Shown here: one piece after another, positions 14,546 through 24,420 of the stretch
Layout: the number at the start of each line of letters is the position of its first letter
How positions within the stretch are numbered: the stretch's first letter is position 1
Virus record (IMG/VR): IMGVR_UViG_3300031519_000215
Location: 1-24,420 of that record
Strand: one strand, 5' to 3'
DNA length: 24,420 nt
Origin: a virus
Lineage: Duplodnaviria; Caudoviricetes
The notes under the pieces: generated by a model
Told to the model about the DNA's origin: nothing
What the model saw: only the letters and a program-made list of their open reading frames with translations
The model's database searches: none
Translations under genes and position numbers: made by a program

Positions 14546-15252
14546 TATACTTCTCCTTTAAATCCTAACTTAGTTATTATATCCGACAGGTTAGGAGCCT
14601 CGAGGTTCTCTAACTTGCCACTTCTGTCCTTGGCGATGTAATTAGCGCCAAGAGCTGTTTGCAACCACCGTTCGGTTGACTTGTTTCCCTTATCATCTTC
14701 AACATCAAATATTCTTAAACATAAGACTTCATCAAAGAAATAAGGAATTTGTGTAGGTAGTTTAGTACCAACCATCATTGGTTGATAATGTATTTTACCA
14801 GTAGCTTCGTCACGTACCTCTTGCTGTTTAGCAATAAATACAACGTGAATCGGTAGGTCCCTAAATCTACGCATAGTCTTAGTCATTATTTGTATGACTT
14901 CTCCGTATGCTTTTCTTGGGTCCTTATTTTTTCTTAACTCGTTTGCTAATACGATCTCTGACATTTCTGTCACACTGTCTAAACACACAGTATCGTAATT
15001 TAACTGACCACTTTCAAGTAACACAGCGATCTCTTCTATCTCAGCTGCCTCCTTGACTTCGATGGCAGTTACATTCTTAGCGTCTTTAATAGATAGCAAA
15101 CCTGCTTCCATACTAATGACAAGAGTTTTACCTGGAACGGTTTGACATAGAGATGTTTTACCACCACCAGAGATTCCGTACACCAGAAGTTTAGCGCCTT
15201 GCGATTCTACTAAATCACTAGGACTTTTTATACGACTTATAATATCGCTCAT
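14545..15252 (-). CDS. Sak4-like AAA ATPase / single-strand annealing recombinase (AAA_24)
   Basis: Walker A KLLVYGISGGGKTS, Walker B YDTVCLDSVTE, HVVFIAK and the C-terminal AKDRSG motif. Confidence 0.85.
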   Translation of the reverse strand: MSDIISRIKSPSDLVESQGAKLLVYGISGGGKTSLCQTVPGKTLVISMEAGLLSIKDAKNVTAIEVKEAAEIEEIAVLLESGQLNYDTVCLDSVTEMSEIVLANELRKNKDPRKAYGEVIQIMTKTMRRFRDLPIHVVFIAKQQEVRDEATGKIHYQPMMVGTKLPTQIPYFFDEVLCLRIFDVEDDKGNKSTERWLQTALGANYIAKDRSGKLENLEAPNLSDIITKLGFKGEV

Positions 15253-15279
15253 ATTGTATCCTCCAAAAGATAAAATATT

Positions 15280-15310
15280 AGTATACAGAACAAATTTTCG
15301 TCTGTATACT
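15280..15310. promoter_or_regulatory. Palindromic operator / divergent -10 boxes
   Basis: AGTATACAGA-N11-TCTGTATACT is a perfect 10-bp inverted repeat. Each arm carries an outward-facing TATACT, between divergent genes. Confidence 0.7.
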
Positions 15311-15345
15311 TTTAGTTCAAAATAAATTTATTACAAAAAGCAACT

Positions 15346-15681
15346 ATGAGCGAAGTAGATAAAAATCAGTGGAAAGTGAATTATTTATACAGGGTCCAAG
15401 AGTTATGTAAAAAAGATTTAGACGTCTTATATGCTAACAAATTAGAACCAGAATACAAGGAGAGAGAAGTGAAACGTATATCATTAAGAGATTATATTGC
15501 CTATATAGGTAATGCTGGAGCATCAAAATTATTTGAATGTTCTGAAGCAACAGCAAAGTCCTGGAGATATGGCCAACGTCAGCCATCTATAAAACAGGCA
15601 AAGAAGATAATTAAAGCAGCAGATGGCAAGCTAGACTTTGAATCTATCTATGGATCACTTGAAACTACATTTGAAGAATAA
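15346..15681 (+). CDS. Cro-like helix-turn-helix DNA-binding protein
   Basis: LRDYI...G...ASKLFECSEATAKSWRYGQRQPSIKQAKKIIKAADGKL resembles the Cro/YdaS HTH pattern. Confidence 0.75.
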   Translation: MSEVDKNQWKVNYLYRVQELCKKDLDVLYANKLEPEYKEREVKRISLRDYIAYIGNAGASKLFECSEATAKSWRYGQRQPSIKQAKKIIKAADGKLDFESIYGSLETTFEE

Positions 15682-15686
15682 CAGAA

Positions 15687-17807
15687 GTGTTCAATGTCAA
15701 AGCAACAGCAGAATCTTCTGCGTTGGACTTAGCGCTTGCTTATGCGGAATCAGGATTTAGTGTAGTTCCGCTACAACGCCATAATAAGGTCCCACCAAAA
15801 GGACTAGGTAGTTGGGAAAAGTATAAGAGAGAACAGCCAACAACAGAAGACATAAACAGATGGTTTAAAGGACGCAATGATTTAGTTGTGGCTCTGGTAA
15901 CTGGAAAGTTTTTAGTTATAGATGCAGATACACCAGAGGCAGTTATATGGGCTGCCAATAATTTACCAGTCACCCCATTAAAGGTAGCTACTGGTAAGGG
16001 TATGCACTACTACTACAATAACCCTGAAAATTTCACGACTTATGTTGCAAGGAGAACTGCGGATTTCGATCCTGCGAAGCTCATTGATATAAGAGGCGTC
16101 GGTGGTCTGATTATAGCCCCCTATAATATTCATGCTACTGGCGCTATTTATGATCCACAGGTCATACCAGATTGGGAACTACACGATACGGGAGATCTAC
16201 CAGATTTTAGTCGCGAGGATTGGATTAAAGTAACAGGCGCAGATAAGATCAATGGCAAACCTATTGCCACACCATTATCTTTAGAAGCCGCAGCACAAGG
16301 CAGTCGTAATGATACGGCAGCAAGGTTAGCGGGATACTTAATAGCAAAAGGATTAAATACGGACTTTACACAATTCTTTTTACAGTCATGGAACAGAACA
16401 AACAAACCACCTTTAAATGATACGGAAATAGCTACAACTGTAAATTCTATAATGAAGACCCATGAGCGTAAGAACCAAGCCGCTCCAACTTACATGTCAA
16501 AGAACAGGGTTATCAAAGAACCAGACAACCTATACTCACCACCTGGCATACTTAAAAATATTTATGAATACTCTGAAAGCATAGCGCAGATAGCTCAACC
16601 AGCATTGAGCTTGCAGTCAGCTTTAGGTCTTGCATCAGTTGCAGCAGGACGTATGTATAAGACAGACATGAATAACTTTTCATCTTTATATTTCATGTGT
16701 ATCGCCAAATCAGGCCAAGGTAAAGAGAATACCAAGACTGTTATTGAGTCTATATTAGACGCATCAGGTCACTCTGATCTTATGGCTGGAGATGGTTATA
16801 CCTCAAGTGGTGCTGTTTATAGTTTGCTACGTCACAGACCAACGCATATTACTGTAATGGACGAGTTCGGCAAGAGATTAGAGAGTATAGCCAAGTCATC
16901 TAACTCTAACAAAGAAGATGCCCTACAGGTTCTCATGGAGTCATGGGGCCGTTGTCATGGCACTATCAGACCTGATAACTATTCGCTTATGAATATGTCT
17001 AGCAAACAACAAGAAGAAGCTATGGATAGATCAACTATTAAACCAGCTATAACACTTATGGGTATGAGTGTGCCTAAGAATTTTTATGGCGCTCTATCTA
17101 CAGGAAGAATTGTAGACGGCTTCTTAAATAGATTTATTGTAGTTGAGTCTAAGTTGCCTAGAGTTGTAGGCAGAATGGTGCCATTTATAGAACCATCTTA
17201 TGAAATATGTGAGTGGGTTAGACAGGTTCGTGAGACTAAGAATGAAATGGAAGACCTTGCTAAGAACAATTCAGAAATGGACTTTAAACAAAGATTGCTT
17301 GTCTTTGACGATGAAAGCAAAGAGCTACTAACTAAGCTTGCATACAAACTTATAGAAGAACAAGACTTACTAGAGAAAGATGGTTTAGAGGTATTGCTGT
17401 CAAGGACTAGGGAGAAAGCTATGCGATTAGCTTTGATCTGTGCATTAGCTGATAACCCTAAAGCCAAAGTTATTAAAAGTGATATGACTAAATGGGCTAT
17501 TGATTATGTTTATTACTATGACCAACTGCTTGTAGATAATTGTGAAGACAAGGTAGCTGGATCTGAAACAGAAGGCAAGATCAAGCAAGTATTAAGCTTT
17601 ATTAGATCGCAAGGTGAGATAGGTATAAGTAAGCGTGATATAGATAGACGTGAAATCTTTAGAAGTATGAAGTCATACGAAGTCAAAGAGATTATAGAAA
17701 GACTTAAAAACTCTGGAGAAATCCAAGAGAAAGATGTTAAGACTAAAACTACAGGTAGGCCAACTAAACGTATTGTGGCGATTGATCCTGAGTTCTTTGA
17801 TGACTAA
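15687..17807 (+). CDS. Bifunctional primase-polymerase (Prim-Pol) + PriCT + AAA+ helicase (DUF3987-like)
   Basis: GTG start. ALAYAESGFSVVPL, VIDAD, TGKGMHYYY and IDIRGVGGLIIAP (Prim-Pol). GSRNDTAARLAGYL...WN....PPL...E (PriCT). AKSGQGKE, VMDEFG and DGFLNRF (helicase). C-terminal winged-helix-like region ending TGRP. Confidence 0.9.
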   Translation: MFNVKATAESSALDLALAYAESGFSVVPLQRHNKVPPKGLGSWEKYKREQPTTEDINRWFKGRNDLVVALVTGKFLVIDADTPEAVIWAANNLPVTPLKVATGKGMHYYYNNPENFTTYVARRTADFDPAKLIDIRGVGGLIIAPYNIHATGAIYDPQVIPDWELHDTGDLPDFSREDWIKVTGADKINGKPIATPLSLEAAAQGSRNDTAARLAGYLIAKGLNTDFTQFFLQSWNRTNKPPLNDTEIATTVNSIMKTHERKNQAAPTYMSKNRVIKEPDNLYSPPGILKNIYEYSESIAQIAQPALSLQSALGLASVAAGRMYKTDMNNFSSLYFMCIAKSGQGKENTKTVIESILDASGHSDLMAGDGYTSSGAVYSLLRHRPTHITVMDEFGKRLESIAKSSNSNKEDALQVLMESWGRCHGTIRPDNYSLMNMSSKQQEEAMDRSTIKPAITLMGMSVPKNFYGALSTGRIVDGFLNRFIVVESKLPRVVGRMVPFIEPSYEICEWVRQVRETKNEMEDLAKNNSEMDFKQRLLVFDDESKELLTKLAYKLIEEQDLLEKDGLEVLLSRTREKAMRLALICALADNPKAKVIKSDMTKWAIDYVYYYDQLLVDNCEDKVAGSETEGKIKQVLSFIRSQGEIGISKRDIDRREIFRSMKSYEVKEIIERLKNSGEIQEKDVKTKTTGRPTKRIVAIDPEFFDD

Positions 17808-20800
17808 GCTAGTCTGCCTAAGCTTTGAGCTATATCTTCATTAAGAGAAGATCCACCTAATAAACTTCTGCTTATAGGAGCCTGGTTGTTTTGAGCTGTT
17901 GGATTTGTAGGCATAATGTCTGGTAAATCTGGTATAGCATTTAAAAGAGGTTTTGTTACCTGCTCTACTTGACCTCTTAATTCCTCTGCTGCCGATTGAT
18001 TTTCTGGTGATTCTATTTGTTGTCTCATTTCTTGTGTAATAGACTCTTTTACACCACTTGTACTGTCATAAATATTTTTAGCTCCTGCAAGTCTTGCTGC
18101 TTGTGTAAAAGCTTCTAAGACTGCCATTACTGATCCTGTATCAGTATTTGCCATAAGTTTAACAATTCTAGGATTAGAGAAAACAAGTGAAAAAACTTTT
18201 AAACCTAAAATAGTTGGCATTAAAGATATATTAAGCGCTTGCGCTCCAATAGCTCCAGCAACAATTCCACCAGCTGTTAATCCTTTAGCAGCACCTACCT
18301 GTAAATCTAATGATTGTTGTAATGCTTTAAATGCAATTAATTGTTCTTTACCAAACATAGCTTCAAGAGTTTCATCTCCGTATGATTCCAAAGCATTTCT
18401 AAATTGATTTGGTTTAAATATATCTGAAAGTTTAGCGCTTGTTTTTAATTTTCCGACACTTACCGCATCTGTTAATAATTGACCCATTGCATTTTCTTGT
18501 ATTAAAGAAAAAGTATCTACTATTTCTTCAACTCCCGTTTCTGGATTTATTCTTTTATACGGTTTCATGTTAAGTTTTAAATATTTTATATCTGCTGCGG
18601 AATTTGGCCTAAAAATATTTTGCACAATTTTTTCTGGAGTTTCATTATTTACATTTCTCATAAATTGTTTTTTGCTAAAAGCTTCTGCATCTTGAGCAAT
18701 TGTTGCTCTTTTTTTAAAAGTTTCTAAAATTTTATTTGCAGTATCAATTTCTGGAATCATACCTCCTTTAAAATTTGGGTTAGAAGTCATTATAAATTTT
18801 TCTGGATTTGTTTCTAAACGCAACATAAAATTTTTCATTTCTTTATGAGTAATTTTAGGTTTAAGAGCATTTATGTCTTTAAGCAATGCTATATTTTGGC
18901 TATATTTTGGCCCAAACAATTCTTTTAAAGTAGAGTTTCCGCCTTTATTATCATATTTCATTATGTTTTTGCTAAGAGAAACAGGATTTATTAATTTTGT
19001 TGCTGGATCTACACTATCTGCAATAGCATTTTTAAATAATAAAGCTGTAAGTTGTCCTCTATAAACTTCTTTTAAATCAGGATTTACAGCATTTAATATT
19101 TCTTTTATTTGGTCGCCTTTTAATGGATCATCAATAAAACCAAATATTTCTTCTGGGTCTAATTTTCCATTGCCTCCCTTAGCTGCTTTAATTTTATTAA
19201 TTATGTCTTTGTAAACAGTGCCTTGATATTTACCTACTGTCGAAGCATAATTTTGAGTAGCTTCGTTAAAAATTTTTAAAGCTTGTTGTGATTTTTCTAT
19301 AGATTCTTTAGTTACACCTTTACCAAGGAAAGCATTTCCCGTTCCTACAGAATCAAGTAAATTTTTAACACCAATATCTGCGGCCTTAACGGCTCTGTAA
19401 ATGCTGCCACTTGATTTTCCTCTGCTATAAAGATCATTTTGTACTGCTGCAAATTCTTTTCTAGCATTTATAAGTTTTTGTAAATTATCTACTTTACCTT
19501 CTGATAAATCTTTTATATATTTGTAAGTTGCTCCCGAATATTGGAAAAATTCGTCTTGAGTATTAAAGTCATCAAGAATTTCTTTAAATCTACCTTTTTC
19601 TGCTTGTAAAGCTTTTGTTATTGTTTCATCACCAATGTTTTGTTTTAATGCTTTTTCTGCTGCTGTATACATTTTGTTATTGCTTTTACTCCATGTAGTA
19701 TAACTTTGGTACATAATATCTTGTAATTCTTGTTTTAATACTGCACCTTCTTTAGCTAAACCTTTATAGTTTAAAAATCTTACAGTATTCATTTCATCAA
19801 GCATATTTTTTAATAAATCATCTAGCAGGTTATCTGTTTGATTTACCGCTCCTTGAAAATTACTTGTTGCTTTTTTAAATTCTGTAGTTGCTATTTTTCC
19901 AATAACTCCAGATGATATAAATTCATCTACTGTTGCATCTTTTTTGCCAACAGATTCAAAAAATCTATTCATTTGTGCTAATAAATTATTAGTAGCTAAT
20001 TTTTCTCTTTTTGATGAGCCTGTTACTGCTTCAGCAATAGATTGACCCCTTGCTGGTATGCTTCTTCCTAATGCCGATTGAGTAACAATACCTCGAGTGT
20101 TTTTGAATTTAGGTTTAATTTTTTGTTTTTTAAGCTCTTTTAAAACTTCTTTTCTGCTAGCTTTATAAGACTGATCTATTTTTTTAGATGCTGGATCTAA
20201 AATATTTTTTTTAATTGCTAATTGTGAGTCTATTCTAAATATGTCTGTTAAATCCCAACCTTCCATTAAAAATTTAGAATCTCTAATAGCACCAACATCT
20301 GCGGTTTTACCAAAATAAGTAGCGAATATACCGCCTAATGCCTCTCCAGCTCCTTGAGCAACAAAACCTAAAAGAGCTTCATCTTTAAGCATGCCAGCAA
20401 TTTCTTCTTCGTTTTGCATTTGCAAACCTCTTTGCATTTCATTAGCTTCTTCTACTCCTTTACCACCAGCAGCTCCTGCTCCAACTAATAAAGGTCTTCC
20501 AACAGCAGAGCCTAAAAGTCCTCTTAAAAATTTAACTCCTCTCATATAAGGATTAACTGCGGCTACTGAACCAAGAATAGGGCCAGCATATCCAGCCATA
20601 TCTGCAAAATCTCCAGAAGTAAAACGTTTGTTTTCATCAATAACAATATTTTTATTAGAAGCTTTTAATCCAATTCTTGATTGACCTAAAGGCGTTAAAG
20701 CTATGCTTCCTTTTGAATCTCTAATAAATCCACCAGAGCCTACATAATCTTTTAATACGTTTTCTTTTTCAGATACATATTTACCAGTTTCGTCATAAAA

Positions 20801-20998
20801 ATCTTCAGCTACAGATAATGACGCTCTTAAAGAATTATCTTGTATGCCTGTTTTGTAATCAAAAAATACTTTGTCGTATGCTTTAGAGCCTTCTCTTTTA
20901 GCAACAGCAGCCAAAGCTTTAGCTTTTGCGTCTTTTGGGTTGCCAGCTTTAACTCTAACTACGACCCCTTCAGCTAACTTGACATCATATATTTCCAT
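17804..20998 (-). CDS. Large putative internal virion / DNA-ejection protein, 1064 aa
   Basis: Last gene of the minus-strand late operon; helical with Gly/Ala hydrophobic segments. Function inferred from size, position and composition only. Confidence 0.6.
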   Translation of the reverse strand: MEIYDVKLAEGVVVRVKAGNPKDAKAKALAAVAKREGSKAYDKVFFDYKTGIQDNSLRASLSVAEDFYDETGKYVSEKENVLKDYVGSGGFIRDSKGSIALTPLGQSRIGLKASNKNIVIDENKRFTSGDFADMAGYAGPILGSVAAVNPYMRGVKFLRGLLGSAVGRPLLVGAGAAGGKGVEEANEMQRGLQMQNEEEIAGMLKDEALLGFVAQGAGEALGGIFATYFGKTADVGAIRDSKFLMEGWDLTDIFRIDSQLAIKKNILDPASKKIDQSYKASRKEVLKELKKQKIKPKFKNTRGIVTQSALGRSIPARGQSIAEAVTGSSKREKLATNNLLAQMNRFFESVGKKDATVDEFISSGVIGKIATTEFKKATSNFQGAVNQTDNLLDDLLKNMLDEMNTVRFLNYKGLAKEGAVLKQELQDIMYQSYTTWSKSNNKMYTAAEKALKQNIGDETITKALQAEKGRFKEILDDFNTQDEFFQYSGATYKYIKDLSEGKVDNLQKLINARKEFAAVQNDLYSRGKSSGSIYRAVKAADIGVKNLLDSVGTGNAFLGKGVTKESIEKSQQALKIFNEATQNYASTVGKYQGTVYKDIINKIKAAKGGNGKLDPEEIFGFIDDPLKGDQIKEILNAVNPDLKEVYRGQLTALLFKNAIADSVDPATKLINPVSLSKNIMKYDNKGGNSTLKELFGPKYSQNIALLKDINALKPKITHKEMKNFMLRLETNPEKFIMTSNPNFKGGMIPEIDTANKILETFKKRATIAQDAEAFSKKQFMRNVNNETPEKIVQNIFRPNSAADIKYLKLNMKPYKRINPETGVEEIVDTFSLIQENAMGQLLTDAVSVGKLKTSAKLSDIFKPNQFRNALESYGDETLEAMFGKEQLIAFKALQQSLDLQVGAAKGLTAGGIVAGAIGAQALNISLMPTILGLKVFSLVFSNPRIVKLMANTDTGSVMAVLEAFTQAARLAGAKNIYDSTSGVKESITQEMRQQIESPENQSAAEELRGQVEQVTKPLLNAIPDLPDIMPTNPTAQNNQAPISRSLLGGSSLNEDIAQSLGRLA

Positions 20999-23307
20999 TA
21001 TGTTGTATCTATAAATATGCCAGCAGAGGATCTATTTAAATCTGTATTGCCAAGAATTATTGGACTATTAAAACTATAATCTTTAGTATTTATAATTTTT
21101 TCTAATAAATCTTTATAGCTGCTAACAGCATCTGTTCCTACATTTCCGTAAGCTGGATTTTGCATTAGTTTATATGTAGTTGAAATTGTATCTCTTTTGT
21201 CAATATTACTAGTTACTAAGCTTTGTCTAGCATTTTTAAGTTTTTTCAAAATTTCTCCAGGGGGACTGGTTAAGTCTAAATCACCAAATACTCTATTAAC
21301 AATATCTCTATCTGTGTCAGATATAGTTCTTCCAGATTCTTGTAATATTGCTCTAATGCTTCTTTGTTTTACTTGTTCTATCATGTTTTGAATTTTTGTT
21401 GCTGCTGATGCTTCTTTGTCATAACCTACAAAAGCAGATGCTTCATCTTTAAATCTTTCAAACCTGCCTGGTAATCCTGTTATTTTAACATTGTTTTCTA
21501 CAGCTTCTTCAAAGAGAGAAATAGTATCATTCATAATAGCAATAGACGCTTCTCCACCTTCAAAAAATCCAACATTTGTGTTTAATTCTTTGGCCATAAG
21601 ATCTAGGCCTTTTATATCAGATGGTTTTAACAAAGGCTCAACTCCAGCTATTGCTTCTTCTGATCTTCTTTGAGCTTCTAATTGTTCTTCTAACACTCTT
21701 TCTTCTGCTGCTGCTGCTGTACCAACTCCTATACCTTCTGCAAAGTTTCCATATTGAGTTAAAGCTTTACCAACGTTTCTCATTAATCTAAGATTATCTT
21801 TACTATTAAATATAGAATTTGCTATCTCTTCTGCATCTGAATCGTCTTCATTAATAGTATTAAAACCTATTGGGCTGTCTTCTTCTGAATCTTCTCCAGG
21901 TTCAATGCCAGTACCTTTTGGGTCTGTAGATTTTACATCTCCTGTTGTTGGGTCTGTAGTAGGAGTTCCTGCTGCATCATCATCTGTAGTAGGAGCTTCT
22001 TCAGCAACTATTTCTTCAGCAGCTATCTTTTCTTTACTTTTAGCATCATCTGCTGCTATATCTTCTAAATCTTTTGTTGCATCATATACTTCTGGAGAAT
22101 TATAAGATACTCCAGGTATTTGCAATAATCTTGCCAAACCTATATCTGATTTTGATATATCAATATCTGGAATAAAGTCTTTAGCCGCTTTTCTACCTCT
22201 AGATCCACCACCAAGTTCTCCCAAAAATCCTGCTATACCTTCAGCTATTGGACTTGCTATATTGCCAAACTGTCTGCCTATTTCTTGAGCGCCATAACCA
22301 AAATCTCCAGGACTAGCAAATGTGCCTCTTCTTTCTTCAAAAGATCCTCCTATTTTTTGACTTATTCTAAAAGGCTCATCCATTTCAGAAAAATTTTCTA
22401 AAATAACAGCTACATCTGGACTAAATTCAAAATCTCTATTGTTAATTATTGAATATAAAGTCATTCCTCCAATTGTGCCATCTTTAACTTGTTGTTCAAA
22501 ATTAACAGGTAAACTATATGTAGAGTTAGTTTTTTTATCTTTTATTTGCAATTTTGATAAACTAGAATTAGCACCAATTTCTGATATTTCTGGAAGGTCA
22601 TTGTCTATTGTTAATGGATCTTGGGGAGATGGCCTGCTAGGGGCCATCATCATCTCGTCTATATTTATATTTTCAGGAACTGATTGAGGAGACATTCCAT
22701 ATCCTGCTTTTGAACTTTGCAATATAGATTCAAGTTTTGTAATGGCTGTATCATAATCTTCTATAGTTGAGCCAACAGGTAAAATATCTCCCATTGAATC
22801 TTTTAAAAGTCTATCAGGAAACATTCTATTTAAACCTTGGTTTGCTTGAGCAGAAATTTCTTCTCTTCTTGTTTTTAACCTATTTATTATATTTTCTAAA
22901 TCTGCAAAAGGAAGTTTAGGGTCTTGTGGCGCTTCAGGTTCTGGCGGGAAGCTTGGATTCATTGTTGTCATGCCATCTTGATTTGCTGTAAGCACAGTTT
23001 CTGGAAGTGAAGATCTTTTATCAAACACTTCTTCATACGGATTTTCAATGCCAGGGAACATATCTTTAAAATCAGGACTTGGCACTGCTGGATTAACACT
23101 TCCACCTAACTGAGCCACCATTGCTTCTATTTGATTCATGTCTAAATCTGGTAACTCTTGTTTTATATCTACAGCATTCAAACCTTGAGATACATAGTAA
23201 CCAATCATTTCAAGTATGCTTGGCTCCAAAGGACTTGACTCTAAAAGATTTGGCTCTGTTTGAGCTGGGCCTCCGTTGACAAACATCTTTCTATTTAATA
23301 TGTTCAT
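20998..23307 (-). CDS. Putative internal virion protein, 769 aa, acidic
   Basis: Starts MNILNRKMFVNGG; TAATG coupling to the downstream gene; function inferred from context. Confidence 0.55.
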   Translation of the reverse strand: MNILNRKMFVNGGPAQTEPNLLESSPLEPSILEMIGYYVSQGLNAVDIKQELPDLDMNQIEAMVAQLGGSVNPAVPSPDFKDMFPGIENPYEEVFDKRSSLPETVLTANQDGMTTMNPSFPPEPEAPQDPKLPFADLENIINRLKTRREEISAQANQGLNRMFPDRLLKDSMGDILPVGSTIEDYDTAITKLESILQSSKAGYGMSPQSVPENINIDEMMMAPSRPSPQDPLTIDNDLPEISEIGANSSLSKLQIKDKKTNSTYSLPVNFEQQVKDGTIGGMTLYSIINNRDFEFSPDVAVILENFSEMDEPFRISQKIGGSFEERRGTFASPGDFGYGAQEIGRQFGNIASPIAEGIAGFLGELGGGSRGRKAAKDFIPDIDISKSDIGLARLLQIPGVSYNSPEVYDATKDLEDIAADDAKSKEKIAAEEIVAEEAPTTDDDAAGTPTTDPTTGDVKSTDPKGTGIEPGEDSEEDSPIGFNTINEDDSDAEEIANSIFNSKDNLRLMRNVGKALTQYGNFAEGIGVGTAAAAEERVLEEQLEAQRRSEEAIAGVEPLLKPSDIKGLDLMAKELNTNVGFFEGGEASIAIMNDTISLFEEAVENNVKITGLPGRFERFKDEASAFVGYDKEASAATKIQNMIEQVKQRSIRAILQESGRTISDTDRDIVNRVFGDLDLTSPPGEILKKLKNARQSLVTSNIDKRDTISTTYKLMQNPAYGNVGTDAVSSYKDLLEKIINTKDYSFNSPIILGNTDLNRSSAGIFIDTT

Positions 23308-23309
23308 AA

Positions 23310-24420
23310 TTAACCAGTTTGAGTATTTCCTGTATTTTGATTTTGATTGCCATACTGTCCGCCATAATTACTGTAAGCATTAAAGAATGCCCCTAGTCCT
23401 AAAGCACTTGGATCTTGAGGCATACCGTATGTAGTATCAATACGAGTTCCGCCAGGCGTATACTGAGGCATAAATCCTCTCATGTAATCTACAGCTTTTG
23501 TTCCTCTAAATCTGTTTCTTTCATCAGCTTCGTATTGAGCATCTATTTGTCTTTGTTTCATTCCTCTAGCATCTTGACCGTATCTTGATAATTCATTTCT
23601 TTCATCTCTTCCCATATCTTGATATCTACCACCTAGATCACCCATATCTCTGCCATAATTTGCATAGTCTCTTCCAATGCCACCTAACTCTCCAGATATT
23701 CCTAACATATCTCCAGCGCCTCTTCTTGCAATATCGCCTCTTCTAGAACCAATGCCCATCATATCACTAGCAAATCCTCTTCTAGCTCCTAGCATATCTC
23801 TTCCATATCCTGCTTCTGTTTGACCAGCTCTTTCTAAAGCACTTCTGCCAAATCTTGATTCATCCATAGCTCTACTTTGAGCTGTATCAAAGCCTTTAGA
23901 ACGTATACCAGATAAAGCTTCACCTAAGCCTCTACCTAAAGCTGCTCTTCTTTCTTCAGCTCCAAGCTTCGCTCTAGAACCAAAAGCAGACTGTCCACCT
24001 GATTGAATGTCTCTAGCTCGCTGGCCTATGTCAGATATCTCGCCTTGTTTAAATACGTCATCTATTGTTTGTTGTACTACTTGGTTTTCAAAAGGATTGT
24101 TATAAGCAGCTGTAGAACGTGGATCAAAACCTTGTAAAGAAGCTCTTTGAAAGTCTCTAGCTGATGGCCCTTGTCTGCCAAGACTTGACATGTAATCGCC
24201 CATTCCCATTCCATACTGTTGTTCTGCTTGAGATAAATAAGGCTGTTCCATTTCTCCAGCTCTTAAATAACCTTCTTGAGCATCATTTATTAGCCCTCTT
24301 CTGTCTCCAATAGTTCCCATACCTTCAAGCAAAGCATCTTTTTGAAAATCTAAATATGGCTTATAACCACCAATACCAGAATACATACTATTCATTGCTT
24401 GTTGATCGAATGGAGAATAA
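23310..24420 (-). CDS. Putative ejection/pilot protein, 5'-truncated at the window edge
   Basis: The frame stays open beyond 24395 (..YSPFDQQAMNS). AYNNPFENQVVQQ...SAFGSRA motif, Gly/Arg/Asp amphipathic repeats and a C-terminal LGLGAF segment, as in podovirus-type ejection proteins. Confidence 0.6.
   Translation of the reverse strand, partial: YSPFDQQAMNSMYSGIGGYKPYLDFQKDALLEGMGTIGDRRGLINDAQEGYLRAGEMEQPYLSQAEQQYGMGMGDYMSSLGRQGPSARDFQRASLQGFDPRSTAAYNNPFENQVVQQTIDDVFKQGEISDIGQRARDIQSGGQSAFGSRAKLGAEERRAALGRGLGEALSGIRSKGFDTAQSRAMDESRFGRSALERAGQTEAGYGRDMLGARRGFASDMMGIGSRRGDIARRGAGDMLGISGELGGIGRDYANYGRDMGDLGGRYQDMGRDERNELSRYGQDARGMKQRQIDAQYEADERNRFRGTKAVDYMRGFMPQYTPGGTRIDTTYGMPQDPSALGLGAFFNAYSNYGGQYGNQNQNTGNTQTG

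Noticed and set aside
5624-17806. Genome-wide TAG recoding, prompted by read-through-like frames at 8846 and 9339
   Set aside because: TAG acts as an ordinary stop at 5624, 5802, 9029 and 17804, and the long genes have no internal TAG.
15740-22687. Short antisense ORFs inside the primase-helicase and large virion genes
   Set aside because: Fully nested on the opposite strand of long genes, with the Ser/Leu/Phe-rich composition typical of shadow frames.

Overview
The window is 24.4 kb of an AT-rich dsDNA tailed bacteriophage genome. The gene families suggest a podovirus-like, probably aquatic or marine phage; this is an inference and the host cannot be read from the sequence. From left to right it holds six blocks. 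(1) The 5' part of the large terminase gene. (2) Four minus-strand genes for low-complexity, Met/Gln/Gly/Pro-rich or coiled-coil proteins. (3) A non-coding region and a divergent 'early' region of many small genes (5.2-9.3 kb). (4) A small terminase gene about 9 kb from terL, followed by an iteron-like repeat cluster that is the probable origin. (5) A recombination/replication module: RecE-like exonuclease, DUF3310, resolvase, DUF669 SSB, Sak4-like ATPase, Cro-like HTH and primase-polymerase/helicase. (6) The end of an operon of large, probably internal-virion/ejection proteins. No tRNA, rRNA, CRISPR array, integrase or transposase was seen. The most unusual signals are a strand-polar CCCGA(C) motif concentrated at 5.3-9.6 kb and embedded in terS codons, an array of micro-genes joined by one repeated junction sequence (AGGAGCAAGA-nn-RATG), an inverted-repeat-flanked divergent promoter segment whose two genes share the same RBS and N-terminus, and a prion-like Gly/Phe/Arg-rich protein. 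All product calls come from motif recognition by eye, not from database searches.
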